Positions 11,484-25,502 of a stretch of DNA of 64,000 nucleotides are shown here, piece by piece. This DNA is from Macrostomum lignano (lineage: Eukaryota), in contig NIVC01001189.1 of NCBI GenBank assembly GCA_002269645.1, forward strand, positions 186,001 through 250,000. The letters run 5' to 3'. Each line of letters opens with the position of its first letter. Position 1 is the first letter of the stretch. The notes beneath the pieces are model-generated. The model had not been told where the DNA came from. It did no database searches and was given only the letters and a program-made list of their open reading frames with translations. The translations under genes were made by a program, and so were the position numbers.

Positions 11484-12853
11484 CAACATCTGTAGTACTG
11501 GCCGAATATGCGCCCGTTGCGGCAGAGCGCGGTCAAGACGCACGTTGGCATCAAATAAGCCTTGATGAGGGCTATCATTCGCTTAAAGTGCGCATGGCGG
11601 CCTTCGGGTATTTCAGCCAGAGCCCGGCTCAAGTTGGCACCGAAGTCATTGACATCAGCCGGACGAGGGAACTGGCTCGATTGTGGTTGAACTTGAAATT
11701 GCGCCTGGTTCGCGTCCATGCCGCAAGCAGCGTTTGATGATGGAGGCACCGTTAATATCGGCTGCGGTGGTTGCTGTGACTGTGGCGCTGGCGACGGCTG
11801 CTGCGGCTGTATCGGCTGCGCTGGCGGCGGCGGAGGCTGAGGTACTGGCGGTGGTTGCAGCACTTGCATCGGCTGCGGCAGCTGCTGCGGCGGCTGCTGC
11901 GCTGGCGTCGATTGCTGCGGCGGCTGCTTCACTGGCAGCTGACGGCGCCGCTGCTGCTGTTGGCGATGAGGCTGTGGCGGTGGTGGCGGCGGTGGCATCG
12001 GCTGCTGTGACGGCGGCTGCTGTGGCTGCGGCGCTGGCGTCGGCTGCTGTGAGTGCGGCGCTGGCGTCAGCTGCTGCGGGGGCTGCTGTGACAGCTGCTG
12101 AGCTGGCGGCAGCTGCTGTGTTGGCGCTGACTGCGGCGGACGACGCTGAGGGCGCTTCCGCGGAGCAGGCTGCCGCTGGCGGCTTGAGTGTGCTGTCGCC
12201 TGCGTCGGCTGTCGCTCTTGCAGCGGGGTCCGCGGCAGAATCCGCCGTACAGCCGGGCCGAGCCGCATCATTATAGTGGAGCGCGCCTCTGTTGGACGCC
12301 GAGCCATTGCCGTGGCGCTCGCCTCTGGTGCCTTCGCAGCCTGTCGCCGCAAAATAGCAGCCCGATTCTCAGCTGCCTGTGGCACCGGAATCTTTGAAGG
12401 GGCTGCTCGCTTAGGCTGTGTGGGCGCTTGCACTGGCGAGCCGACCCTTTTTACGACAGATCGCAGCCGGCCTCCAGGCTTCGATGGTTGCGTCGGCTGT
12501 CGCTCGGGCGCCTCCAGCTCTTGACCATCATTGATGGGCGGCCGTTTTGGGACCGTACTGCGATTGTCAACTTCTGCAGTTGCTGCCGTGGTGGCGCTCG
12601 TGCCAGCTGCCTCACTACTGCCAGTGTCGGCTGTTGCTTCCGTGTTTGCCATGCCGGCCGCTCTGCTGTCTATTTCGACTGTTGTGCTTGTCACTTCGAC
12701 TGGTGCGTTAGCCATTTCGGCTGCTGCATTCGCCCTTTCGGCTGGTTCGTTGGCCCTATCGGCCGTAGTACTATCAAGTCCATCGAACGTATCAAATGGA
12801 TCCTCAATATCGAGTAATTCTCTAAGCCACGAAAAATCCTCTTCTTCACTCAT
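11483..12853 (-). CDS. Retrotransposon ORF3, 456 aa, non-env; acidic N-terminus, P/Q-rich middle, BESS-like motif
   Basis: Long ATG-initiated ORF between pol and the 3' LTR on the element strand. No signal peptide or TM helix is visible. Confidence 0.8.
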   Translation of the reverse strand: MSEEEDFSWLRELLDIEDPFDTFDGLDSTTADRANEPAERANAAAEMANAPVEVTSTTVEIDSRAAGMANTEATADTGSSEAAGTSATTAATAEVDNRSTVPKRPPINDGQELEAPERQPTQPSKPGGRLRSVVKRVGSPVQAPTQPKRAAPSKIPVPQAAENRAAILRRQAAKAPEASATAMARRPTEARSTIMMRLGPAVRRILPRTPLQERQPTQATAHSSRQRQPAPRKRPQRRPPQSAPTQQLPPAQQLSQQPPQQLTPAPHSQQPTPAPQPQQPPSQQPMPPPPPPPQPHRQQQQRRRQLPVKQPPQQSTPAQQPPQQLPQPMQVLQPPPVPQPPPPPAQPIQPQQPSPAPQSQQPPQPILTVPPSSNAACGMDANQAQFQVQPQSSQFPRPADVNDFGANLSRALAEIPEGRHAHFKRMIALIKAYLMPTCVLTALCRNGRIFGQYYRC

Positions 12854-12918
12854 TGCTCTTCCGAAATTCTCGGTCTCTCTGGAAATCTGTGGGGCTTCCG
12901 GGGCGTCAGGGGTCTTGC

Positions 12919-13013
12919 TTATATAGGCCTCTCCGGGGAGGGGTCCCGGGAGAGGGATCGTGGCCTCCGATTTGCTTAGACAAGCAAATTTCCAAATAAC
13001 GCGCTCTCATTGG
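12919..13013 (-). promoter_or_regulatory. Internal Pol II promoter for ORF3 (CCAAT and TATA boxes)
   Basis: On the minus strand, AGCCAATGAG (CCAAT at 13013-13009) and TATATAA (12925-12919) lie about 85 bp apart, about 65 nt upstream of the ORF3 ATG. Confidence 0.55.
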
Positions 13014-13099
13014 CTCTCCGCACTCAATTCCTCTCTTCCAATGGGATTGCTTCCTCACGCCTTCGCGCCTGTGCGCGCCTTCCTTCTGCTTCCCGTCTC

Positions 13100-16000
13100 T
13101 CAATAGGTCAGATTGGGCAATAGGCGCCACACTGTAATCAGCCTTTTCAGATAGCACGAGCATCTGTTCGGGGGCTTGATCTGACTACGAGTGTTGTACC
13201 TCTTCTCGGGCCTAGCCGCCTCTTCGGTAATCTCGTTTGCCTCTTGCTCAGTTTTGAGCTCTTCTCTTTCTTCCTCTTGCATTGGCTCTGCTCCCTCCAC
13301 CTCACTGCCTTCTTCCTCAAAGATCTCACTATCTGACTCACTTGATACTTCATCCTCGCTTTCACTTTCTGGCTCTGAATTATCATTGTCTCGGAGATTG
13401 CATTGCCAATTCAGGCGGTCTTCATCTTCTGATTCTTCTTCTTCTTCTATCTCTTCCCTCCGGGGGTGGCTTCCCTTAGCTTGCGCTTCTGCGGTGCCGC
13501 GCTGGCTTCCCTTAACTTTAGGCTCTCTCGTAGCTTTATCTGGCTGGCTGGCGGCAATCTCTTTAACTGAATTTGGCACTACTGCTAAATTATCTCTATG
13601 CACTAACAACTCTTTTCCTATTAACTTTCCTTCTTCCTCCTTCTGTACTTTAAATACTACTGCTGAAATTTGCTTCAAAACTCGGTATGCTGATCTTCGC
13701 TGTCTATGGAATTTATGCGACTCCTCGTTATCTAGCTGCGGGTTATTAATAAGCACTAAACTTCCTAACGGTACTCGTTTTGGCTGTTTGCTAGTTTCAG
13801 CAGCGGTCTGTCTTTGGTTTATCACCTTCTCCAATTTCTCTTTTACGAGTTTCTGGGCGACATTTAGTCTTTCGGCATGTTCGGCAACATAGGATGGATA
13901 GCCTGCGTAGTGCTTTGGGTCCTTGATCTGATTGTCCATAGGTAACACGGCTTCCCTTCCGAATAACAGGAAATGGGGTGTGAAACCTGTTGTCTGATTG
14001 ACACTGGTTCGGACAGCAACTAACGCAGCGGGAATCATTAGATCCCAGTTATTGTGGTCTTTCTTGATAAGGCAGGTAATAATAGACTTTATCTGTTTAT
14101 TGAACCTTTCTACCAAGCCGTTGCTCTGGGCATGGTAGGGGGTGGTGAATGTCTGCTTGACATTATAGAGTTCACAGAAAGCCTTGAACTGTCTGCTGGA
14201 GAATGTTTTACCATTATCAGTATGAATCCAGTGGCACTGTCCGTACTCACTGAAGATTCTCTCCTGCAGGATTTTAATGACAGTGTCTGATTTCTGGTTG
14301 CGGATTGGGAAGGCAAAGGGGTATCGCGTGGTGCTATCAACCACTGTGAGCACATATCGATGCCCTCTTCTACTCTGCTTGGATATTGGCCCGATTATGT
14401 CAATATGGAGGCGGTGAAATGGCTCGCTAATAGGGAAGGATTGGATGGGGGCTTGGACCTTGTGTCCTCGTTTGCTTTCCAGGCAGGGTATACATTCAGA
14501 GATGTACTTCTCAACTGCCGTGGTCAGACCGGGTCTCCAAAATCTCTCGCGGACTTTCTGGATGGTCTTGTCTCTGCCTAAGTGTCCAGCTAGTGGGCTA
14601 TCGTGGAGATCGCCAAGAACTAGCCTGTCTAATGACTCTGGCAGGACAACTTTCCAATTTTCGTCCTCTTTCACGATTAACAATTCGTTTTCAATTCTCA
14701 TAGCCTCATAGGCTTTGCACATTTGCTTTAACAGCGGGGGGTCGATTCTCTGGGGCACTGGGATTTCAACTTTCGCACATTTCCATTGCACGAGGGTTCG
14801 GATCGAGGGGTCCTCTCTCTGGGCATTAACAATTTGGTCACGCTTCAGCGGGACGGGGAGGTAGTCAGTCAAGAGCTTATCGACTCTTCGCACCTCGCTC
14901 TCTTGTTCGTGTCTGGACATTACAGGGATTTGGCTCGATTGCGCAAGGCTCAAGCTCAGTGGCTCCAAATTGTTATCCTGAACACAATTACAAGGGGCAG
15001 GGGGCTGGGGGACTGAATGGCACGGGGGCTGGGCGGCTAAATGGTTCAGCGAGAGGGGGGTTGGGGCAGGGCAATCGGGTATTGAGTCCTCAACTGGCGG
15101 CTGGGCCTGGCTTGTACAGCTGTCCTCTGCCTTTGCCTTCTGACTCAGTTCGGCCAATTCGGCTCTGTTGGGGAAGGGAAATTCTGGGTTGGCATTATCG
15201 CCTTGAATCACCAATTCAGTGTTTGATTTATCATTCTGGCCTGTTTCGGCTGTCTCAGCGGGTCTCCTGGACAAGCTGTCCGCGTTGGTATGCTTGGCGC
15301 CACTTCTGTGTTCAATGTCAAATTGGAACTCAGTCAGGCGCTCAATCCAACGTCCTAAGATACCCTGGGCTTCAGTCTGCCGTAGCAACCAGAGGATTGC
15401 TTTATGGTCAGTTCGGGCAAGAAATCTTTTTCCGATCAAATAGAAACGAAAGTGTCTCATAGCGTCTACTAGTGCTAACAACTCTTTTCGAGTGATAGGG
15501 TAGCGCTTTTCCGACTCTTTCATTGCGCGGCTAAAATACGCAATAGGCCTTTCGACACCATCGGACTGGATCTGGCCTAAACAGGCCCCAATCCGTCCTT
15601 CACTGGCATCGGTATCCAGAACCATTTTGACATTTTCGTCATCTACGAATTCAGGATACGCAAGCACCTCTGTTGACATCATGCGCTGTTTTAATGATTC
15701 AAAAGCCTTATCATGCACATCTGTCCACTTTGCTGAGAAATTTTGCACTCCCTTTCGGGTGAGCTGGAACAGTGGGTGCGCGGCTTCAGCATAGTTTTTT
15801 ACGAATCGACTGTAATAATTACACAGTCCTAGAAAGCTGCGTAGCTCTTTCACCTCTTTCGGTTTGGGCCAGCTTTTGATCGCTTCGATCTTTGCTTCGT
15901 CAGTTCGAATACCATCTCTACCTATCACGTGGCCTAAATACTTCAGCTCTCTATGGAACAAATTGCACTTTTTCGCTCTAAGCTTCAATCCGGCATTGAT

Positions 16001-17904
16001 TAGTCTCTGGAAAACTTCTTTCAAATGGGACAAATGGTCTTCGAACTGCTTTGAATAAGTGACAATATCGTCAATATAGGACATAGCAAACTTGTGCTGA
16101 ATTCCAGCGAGTACTAAGTTCATTAGCCTCTGAAAGGTACCGGGGGCATTGGATAATCCCTGCGCCATCACCTGGTACTCAAACTGTCCTCTAGTCAGGG
16201 TGGAGAAAGCTGTCATGAACTTATGTTCTTCCTTAATTGGGACCTGCCAATAGCCTGAGTTAAGATCGAGGCTGCTGAAGAATTGGCTTCCTGTGAGATT
16301 AGAGAAGGTTTCTTGGATGTTTGGGAGGGGGTAGGGGAAATAGTTCACTCGCGAGTTTAACACTCGGAAATCGCTGACAATGCGAATGGTGCCGTCTTTC
16401 TTTGGCACGATAACTAGTGGGGTGGAATAGGTGGAATAACAGGGACGGATGAGATTTTTCGCTAGCATATCGTCTAGCTGGGCGTCAACCTGCTTTTGGA
16501 GATGGGGAGGAATTCGGCGGGTAGGGATTCTCACAGGGGTCTCGTCTTTCAGAGAAATTTCGTGGGTCACTAAATGAGTTAGCCCCATATCGAGATCATT
16601 TTGCGAGAAAGCTTCTCGGTGTTCTTTTACTAATGCTACTACTGCTGCTCTCTGTTCAGTAGTCAATTCAGGACCAATGCTAATTTCACTCACCCACTCT
16701 TCTTCAGTGGCTTGAACTTGATTGACACGGGCTGAGTCTTGTACTTCGGCTGCTGATTGCTGATCTGATGTCGGCACTGACCAATAGATCAGATCTTTGG
16801 CCTTCATGGGCTTAGCGAGCCCTACCAATGCAGATTTGGGCAACTTGACTTCGACGGGGTGTCGATTCACAATTTCGACGACTGCGGCGCCCTGCTGCAT
16901 GGTGACCAGAGTCGGGATCATTTCGATCGTTAGCTCTTTGGCTCTTACGCCATCACCAATTGTTTCTATGGTCATTGGAGCGCCATAGTTAGCTTCGGCA
17001 TTCTTCGCCAGTCTAACTGGAATGCGCAGTGCGCTATTCGCAGGGATAATTGCCTTTTCTTGAGTGTACACTCTGCAGACTCGTACAGGCATGTGCGTGT
17101 ACTGCATAGGTATGCAGGCTCCTTCTTTCAGGATCAGCATCCCTTTTGTCAGATGAATGCTTTCGCACTGCTCAAGAAAGAATTCCATTCCCAAAATGTT
17201 GTCACATTCGTGGCCACATAATAGGAACGTTATTTCAATTCGAATATCTCCGAACTCAACAGCAACGGAAATTTCTCCTTCTAGCTGAACTGTAGCTCCG
17301 TCAAAAGTAGATACTCTTCTACTTGTACTTTTAATTTGCTCAGGCTTGAAAATTTTAGACCAGACTGACTTACTCAGGAAATTATTGCTAGCTCCAGTAT
17401 CTAGCAGGAAGTCAATCTCTTGGCGATTGATGTTGCCTACTACGATTGCTTCGTAGCTCTTGGGGCTGATTAGCTCGAGTTTGGCATTGGCTGGAGTCTT
17501 CTTGGATTTGCGGCGGCGGTTTCGACGCGACTTCTTGGGCTTGACTGTCATCGGCGTGATGACTGAGGTCTCGGCGGTTGACACATTGGGCGAAGTAAGC
17601 AATTGGGATGCTGCGGCAGCAGATGCGGGTGCTGCAGCAGCGGGTGCTGATACTGTAGACATAGATGATGCAGGCATAGTAGACGCAGTTGGTGCAGACA
17701 TAGTGGACGCAGTTGGTGCATTTCGCATAGATACAGGGTGCATTTTCGCATTGGGTGCATAAGCATTTCGCTTGCGCCTTTTTACAAGTTGCCATCCTCC
17801 GTTTGCTGTATCACAAGCGGGTTGGCGGGGATTTTGGGAGGCCTGCATTTCGCTTGGGGCTCTGCTTGAGGGACGTGGCCTCGACTTCCGACCCTCGCCA
17901 TTCA
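13100..17904 (-). CDS. pol: Pol polyprotein (protease, RT, RNase H, integrase), reached by -1 frameshift from gag
   Basis: Motifs: LLDTGAS protease; YIDD RT; DTDAS...ELLAL...TDH...ADSLSR RNase H; HHCC zinc finger; HIDIIGP...HTDNG...VERFN DDE core. The frame is open upstream of the ATG at 17848 back to the slippery site. Confidence 0.96.
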
Positions 17905-18858
17905 GTTTCCCTGATTCGGGTTTCTTGGCGGAAATCGGTGCTGGTTGGGTCTAGCCGATGGTGGCTGAGACTGCGCTTGGAACCTGGGGCGCTGGTTCAT
18001 TAGCGGGGGTGGCTGTGGCTGATACGCCCTGGGCTGATATCGCACAGGCTGGGGCTGAGGAGCCATTCGTACAGGCTGAGGCTGTACTATAGCAGGCTGA
18101 TAATGCACTGGCTGAGTAGCCATTGGCTGATACACCTGCACCTTCTCTTTGCGGCTCTCCGCCTGTAGCTCCTGAATGAGTTTTCGCTGCTTTTCCAGCT
18201 CCTCTTTCTGCTTCTTGACAATTTCTGTCAGACTCTCCTTCTCTCCTTCTTCATCTTTCATCACTCTTACTCCGTTCTTGTGAGACATGTGCCAAGCAGC
18301 TTCAATGCGCCTCAACATGCGCCTAGCTTCCTGCAGGCTAGCTGGCTGCGCAAAAATCAGTTTCTCCCTTGTATCTGAGGGGATTCTGACACCTTTTATG
18401 AATTGTTCTACCACCTCCTCTTCTCGTTGCTCGGCATTCATGTTTTGGAATGCTCGGCTTGACAGCTCTATCAGGGCATCCGCGAACATGTCGGTCGCCT
18501 CATTTCTTCCCTGCATCCTTCCCCTAAATTCTTCACGGAACTCGGAAGCACTTCCTAGCCTACCAAATCTTTCTACAAGCCTATCCTTGAACTCCTCGTA
18601 GGTCAGCTCTTCTGGCAAATTCAATCGCTGAACTGCAGCGAAAGCAGTGGACAAGTCCAAATTAGCTACTAACTCAGTTTTCCTATTGGCTACGTCTATT
18701 CCTTCGGCGTCACATCGCTGATCAAAGGCTACCAGCCAGATTCGGATGTCTTGGCTGGGGGTATACTTCTGAATTTTAATATGTCTCATGGGCCCTAGTT
18801 CTAATCTATTCCTCAACTCTTCTGCTAATAGTCCAATAGCATCGTTGATTGCTGCCAT
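17902..18858 (-). CDS. gag: Gag, 318 aa (Ty3/Gypsy capsid-like; no CCHC knuckle)
   Basis: Capsid-style motifs WL..F...C, TYEEFKDRLVERFG, QGRNE...FADAL and EQFIKG, then a coiled coil and a Q/P-rich tail. Confidence 0.9.
   Translation of the reverse strand: MAAINDAIGLLAEELRNRLELGPMRHIKIQKYTPSQDIRIWLVAFDQRCDAEGIDVANRKTELVANLDLSTAFAAVQRLNLPEELTYEEFKDRLVERFGRLGSASEFREEFRGRMQGRNEATDMFADALIELSSRAFQNMNAEQREEEVVEQFIKGVRIPSDTREKLIFAQPASLQEARRMLRRIEAAWHMSHKNGVRVMKDEEGEKESLTEIVKKQKEELEKQRKLIQELQAESRKEKVQVYQPMATQPVHYQPAIVQPQPVRMAPQPQPVRYQPRAYQPQPPPLMNQRPRFQAQSQPPSARPNQHRFPPRNPNQGN
17905..17911 (-). promoter_or_regulatory. -1 ribosomal frameshift heptamer G GGA AAC
   Basis: Sits directly before the gag TGA in X XXY YYZ phase. 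The -1 frame reads GKLNGEGRKSRPRPSSRAPSE and joins MQASQ of pol. Confidence 0.85.
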
Positions 18859-18939
18859 GGCTTCCGAGTCTATAATTTCTCTTTGTCAATTCGACTTTTT
18901 CAGCAATATCGGGTCTTTTCACCGGATCTCGATCCCTTT

Positions 18940-18951
18940 CCGCTGCCACCA
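18940..18951 (-). promoter_or_regulatory. Primer binding site TGGTGGCAGCGG (tRNA-Leu type)
   Basis: 12 nt complementary to the 3' end of metazoan tRNA-Leu AAG/TAG (...CCGCTGCCACCA), recalled from known sequences. Adjacent to the 5' LTR. Confidence 0.8.
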
Positions 18952-18957
18952 AGTTAT

Positions 18958-19668
18958 TGTAGGGCACCTTTATTATTCTCTAAATCCCACCGCAATCACC
19001 AAGTTGTTGTAGGGGGGGGGGGTTTGGCTGTAATTCTAGAATTTTATTATATTAGCTTATTGGATTCGTTATGAACTACTAAAATACGGTGTTACTGAGG
19101 CAAGGCTATGGGCTTTCACGTAAGCACGGATTGCCCTGGTAGCGCGCAGTGCCCGAGCGGCAAGACACTGTTCAGCTAGGGGGAGAGGGGGGGTGACTAA
19201 GTCCTAAAGCAGCGTCCTCCAATGGATCGAGTTTGCCCGGTGAGTTTCAATTTCCTCTTACGGATTTTCTTTTGTCATATACGACTTTCCATTGGTTGTT
19301 CAGTTCGAACAGTTTATTTGGATATTCCTCCTCTTTCTATTGGCTGATTACGCCCCTGCTCTTTGCTAGTACGCTATTGGCTCTTCGACAATTCGTCTCT
19401 TGCTCTTGGTAATTTCTACCTCTAGTCCTATGAGCATTCGCTCTTAGTTTTTAGCAAATGAAGGAAGGTTTGGAACGCTTCTTCAATTTTATAGGCAATT
19501 CGCCTATGAACCAAAAGATCTAAAACTTCGGTTGCCTCTCTGGGCACAAAATTCGCTTCTATTTATACTAAAATTGGGGTGGGGAACAAGACGCGTTTAA
19601 ACAAAGTTCTAAAAATATACGTTTCCATAGTAAAGGCGGGAATTTAAAACTTGGTCTCTCTCAACTGG
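18958..19668 (-). repeat. 5' LTR (711 bp)
   Basis: Direct repeat of 10082-10792. Confidence 0.95.
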
Positions 19669-20797
19669 GTATACAAAACTATATACACTACAAGGTGCTG
19701 CGAACGGGCAATACAGCAATAAAAAGCTAATGAATGAAAAAAATCCCGACATCATGACAGTTAAATAAAGTTTCGTACCCAAATTATTCGAGCTATTTTT
19801 TGGTATCAATATATGAAGCCTAACTCGGTTGTATTCTGGCTTGTAGTCTTTGATGCATTTTACTTGAATTTCCATTTTATCTCTATCTTCTTCAGTCGTT
19901 AGGTAAAGCACTTTCTTCTGACCGGTCCCCTAGCGTTTAGATATGAAATCCCAGGCGCAACCGCACAAACAGAAAGGAAACTAAATAGGTTTAATTACGA
20001 TCGCCGTATTTTTTCTGCAGTAAAGATATTGCATATTGATATTAAGTCTGCGTTCTAAATTCTATTCATGTACGTTGCGGACGTGCCGAAAGTCAAGTCT
20101 ATTTTGCTGTGCAAAGTCAACACAGACTGTAAACGGACTTGTCGTCTTCTTACTAGGTGATTTTTCACAGCATTTGGTTTAAACTTTGTCTTAAATAAAA
20201 ACCAAGGCTCCCAGCTAGACTCCCAAGATACTCAGAAAACTTCACGAGCATGCTCTCGAATATTTTTACCAGCTATCTCATCCAATGACATCGGATTTTT
20301 GTGCATGGATCGTGTCCCTGAATCCAACATCGTTAAGCCTTTCGCATGCCTATATAAGTGACGGCTACAGCGCTACAGATACTTTCAAGTTCAACTGTAT
20401 CGAGTGGCACAGTTAAATCATCTGATTCTTTTCTTCTGATGAAAGTCCGACACATCTGTAAAAGTTTATTGGGTCAGGTTGCTAGCCTGTACTTCTAGGT
20501 AAAAAATCACAATAACGGTGGCGCTATATAAAAAAATACGACTAAGCAATCATAATCTTGGATAAAAGGAATAAATATTAAATATATAGGCTATCTTCTA
20601 ATTGTATATCAGATCTGCAATATGATACGCCAATGACGGCAGTCTCTGAACTGCTCTTAAGCTAGTGCATAGTCCGGTACTTGCACGAGCGCATGCGAGA
20701 CTAGATGCACTGTGCAGAAAGGAGTGGCAGGATGTCCGGTTGGAAAACTGTGGGAGATTTTTAACAGCGCATGCGCAATAGCGCAACAAATCAAAAG

Positions 20798-24036
<3,239 letters not shown>

Positions 24037-25199
24037 CTACTTGCGATATTTGTTCGCAGGCTGTCTCAGTGTATTATTGCTATCCTGCCTGTCTCAATAA
24101 TGATACTGGGCGAGCAGAATTAGTCCTATAGTCTTTTTATTGCTTTAATAGATACGCGATGAGCTCGCCTGCGGCGGGGTTGGCCGAACAGGGACAGACG
24201 AAATAAAAGTTTGAGCAGCCGGTCCAATCGTGCGCATTTTAATTTAAGCGTCTTACAAGCCCCAGCACCCCCCATTATAGTTGGCATTCATTCTTCACCG
24301 CCCGTGTGTCTCTTCATTTTTTTCGACCCCACTTGAATGGGAAAGCTGGCCTGCGCAGTGTTCCTCTTCAAGCCCTTCTCGAGAAGCTGTCCAGGCAATT
24401 TCAGGGTCTCTAGCTACTTCGTAGTAGATGTTATTTCAATGAATTTCAATAAATTTTCTAAATTAACCATCGAAGCTTGTTGTGACCTCCTCATCTTTGT
24501 CATACATGTAGTAATCATACTGTATTATTGTAGCAAAAAGTACTGGTTGTACTTTTACTTTACAAGCGCATTAGCGGAGACAATGAGACAGTTCCAGAAT
24601 TGTGGCTTCACAAATTTGATCGTTTCATTCTCACATTGGTGACAGATTCCAGACCTTGTAGCAGCAGAAGACTGCAAACATCGGTTCAAGTTCGTGTCAT
24701 CTTATTAAACACAAGCACACACTTAATGCATCCTTGGAGCTGAACTTGTAAAAGACGGCCAGTTTCCTTCAATAGTTTTTCTGCCCTTATGCTGTCTCTA
24801 TTATCTTTGAGCAGAGCATTTAGTATTCACGCATTACTGTACAAGAGAGGCCGGCGCACTCCAGTTCACAGCGTACCACAGCCGTTTGAATTGCTGCCTA
24901 CAATAGAGATCGAATGGAGAGACAAATTGAAAGACTTGCATGGCTTGTCCTGCAGCAGCGACTCTGTCCACTGCAGCTCGCTCAATATCCAAGCTGGCTT
25001 GCATGACCCCCTTGCGACAGCGTCTCAAGCTATAAAAATGCCCGTCCTCTTAGCCAAGCACAATGAGCCTGCGCATAGCTTGTAAAAGCATTGCTGTTCA
25101 AAATTTGTTTGCCTATCGGAGGGTTGTAGGATGTTTTTTTGCGAGCGTTTCCACAAAGCCACTAAAATGTTATTCATTTCCGGGGGGGGGGGGGTTGTG

Positions 25200-25482
25200 C
25201 TTTCATATATCTGACACTTTATGTCTCCGAAACTTCAACTCCGCGAAACTTCATATATCCGACTTTTCATATCTCCGACACTTCTTAGCTCTGACACTTC
25301 ATATCTCCGACACTTCATATCTCCGACACTTCATAGCTCCGACACTTCATATCTCCGACACTTCATAGCTCTGAAACTTCATATCTCCGACACTTCATAT
25401 CTCCGACACTTCATATCTCCGAAACTTCCTATCTCCGACACTTCCTATCTCTGACTTTTCATATCTCCGACACTTGATATCT
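25200..25482. repeat. Degenerate 16-bp minisatellite ACACTTCATATCTCCG
   Basis: Direct tandem repeat. Confidence 0.9.
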
Positions 25483-25502
25483 ACGAGTATCGCTAAGGTT
25501 TA

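Larger units (their letters stand above)
10082..19668 (-). mobile_element. Full-length Ty3/Gypsy LTR retrotransposon, 9587 bp
   Basis: Direct repeats at 10082-10792 and 18958-19668; GTAT on both flanks (10078-10081, 19669-19672); PBS; gag and pol in the order PR-RT-RH-IN. Confidence 0.97.

Noticed and set aside
11683-12926. Plus-strand Ala-rich ORFs (197 and 131 aa)
   Set aside because: Antisense shadows of the CAG/CCG-rich ORF3.
13191-18601. Plus-strand ORFs opposite gag and pol
   Set aside because: Antisense shadows with no independent signals.
20767-20776. NRF1-like palindrome GCGCATGCGC
   Set aside because: Lies just past a stop codon with no promoter context.
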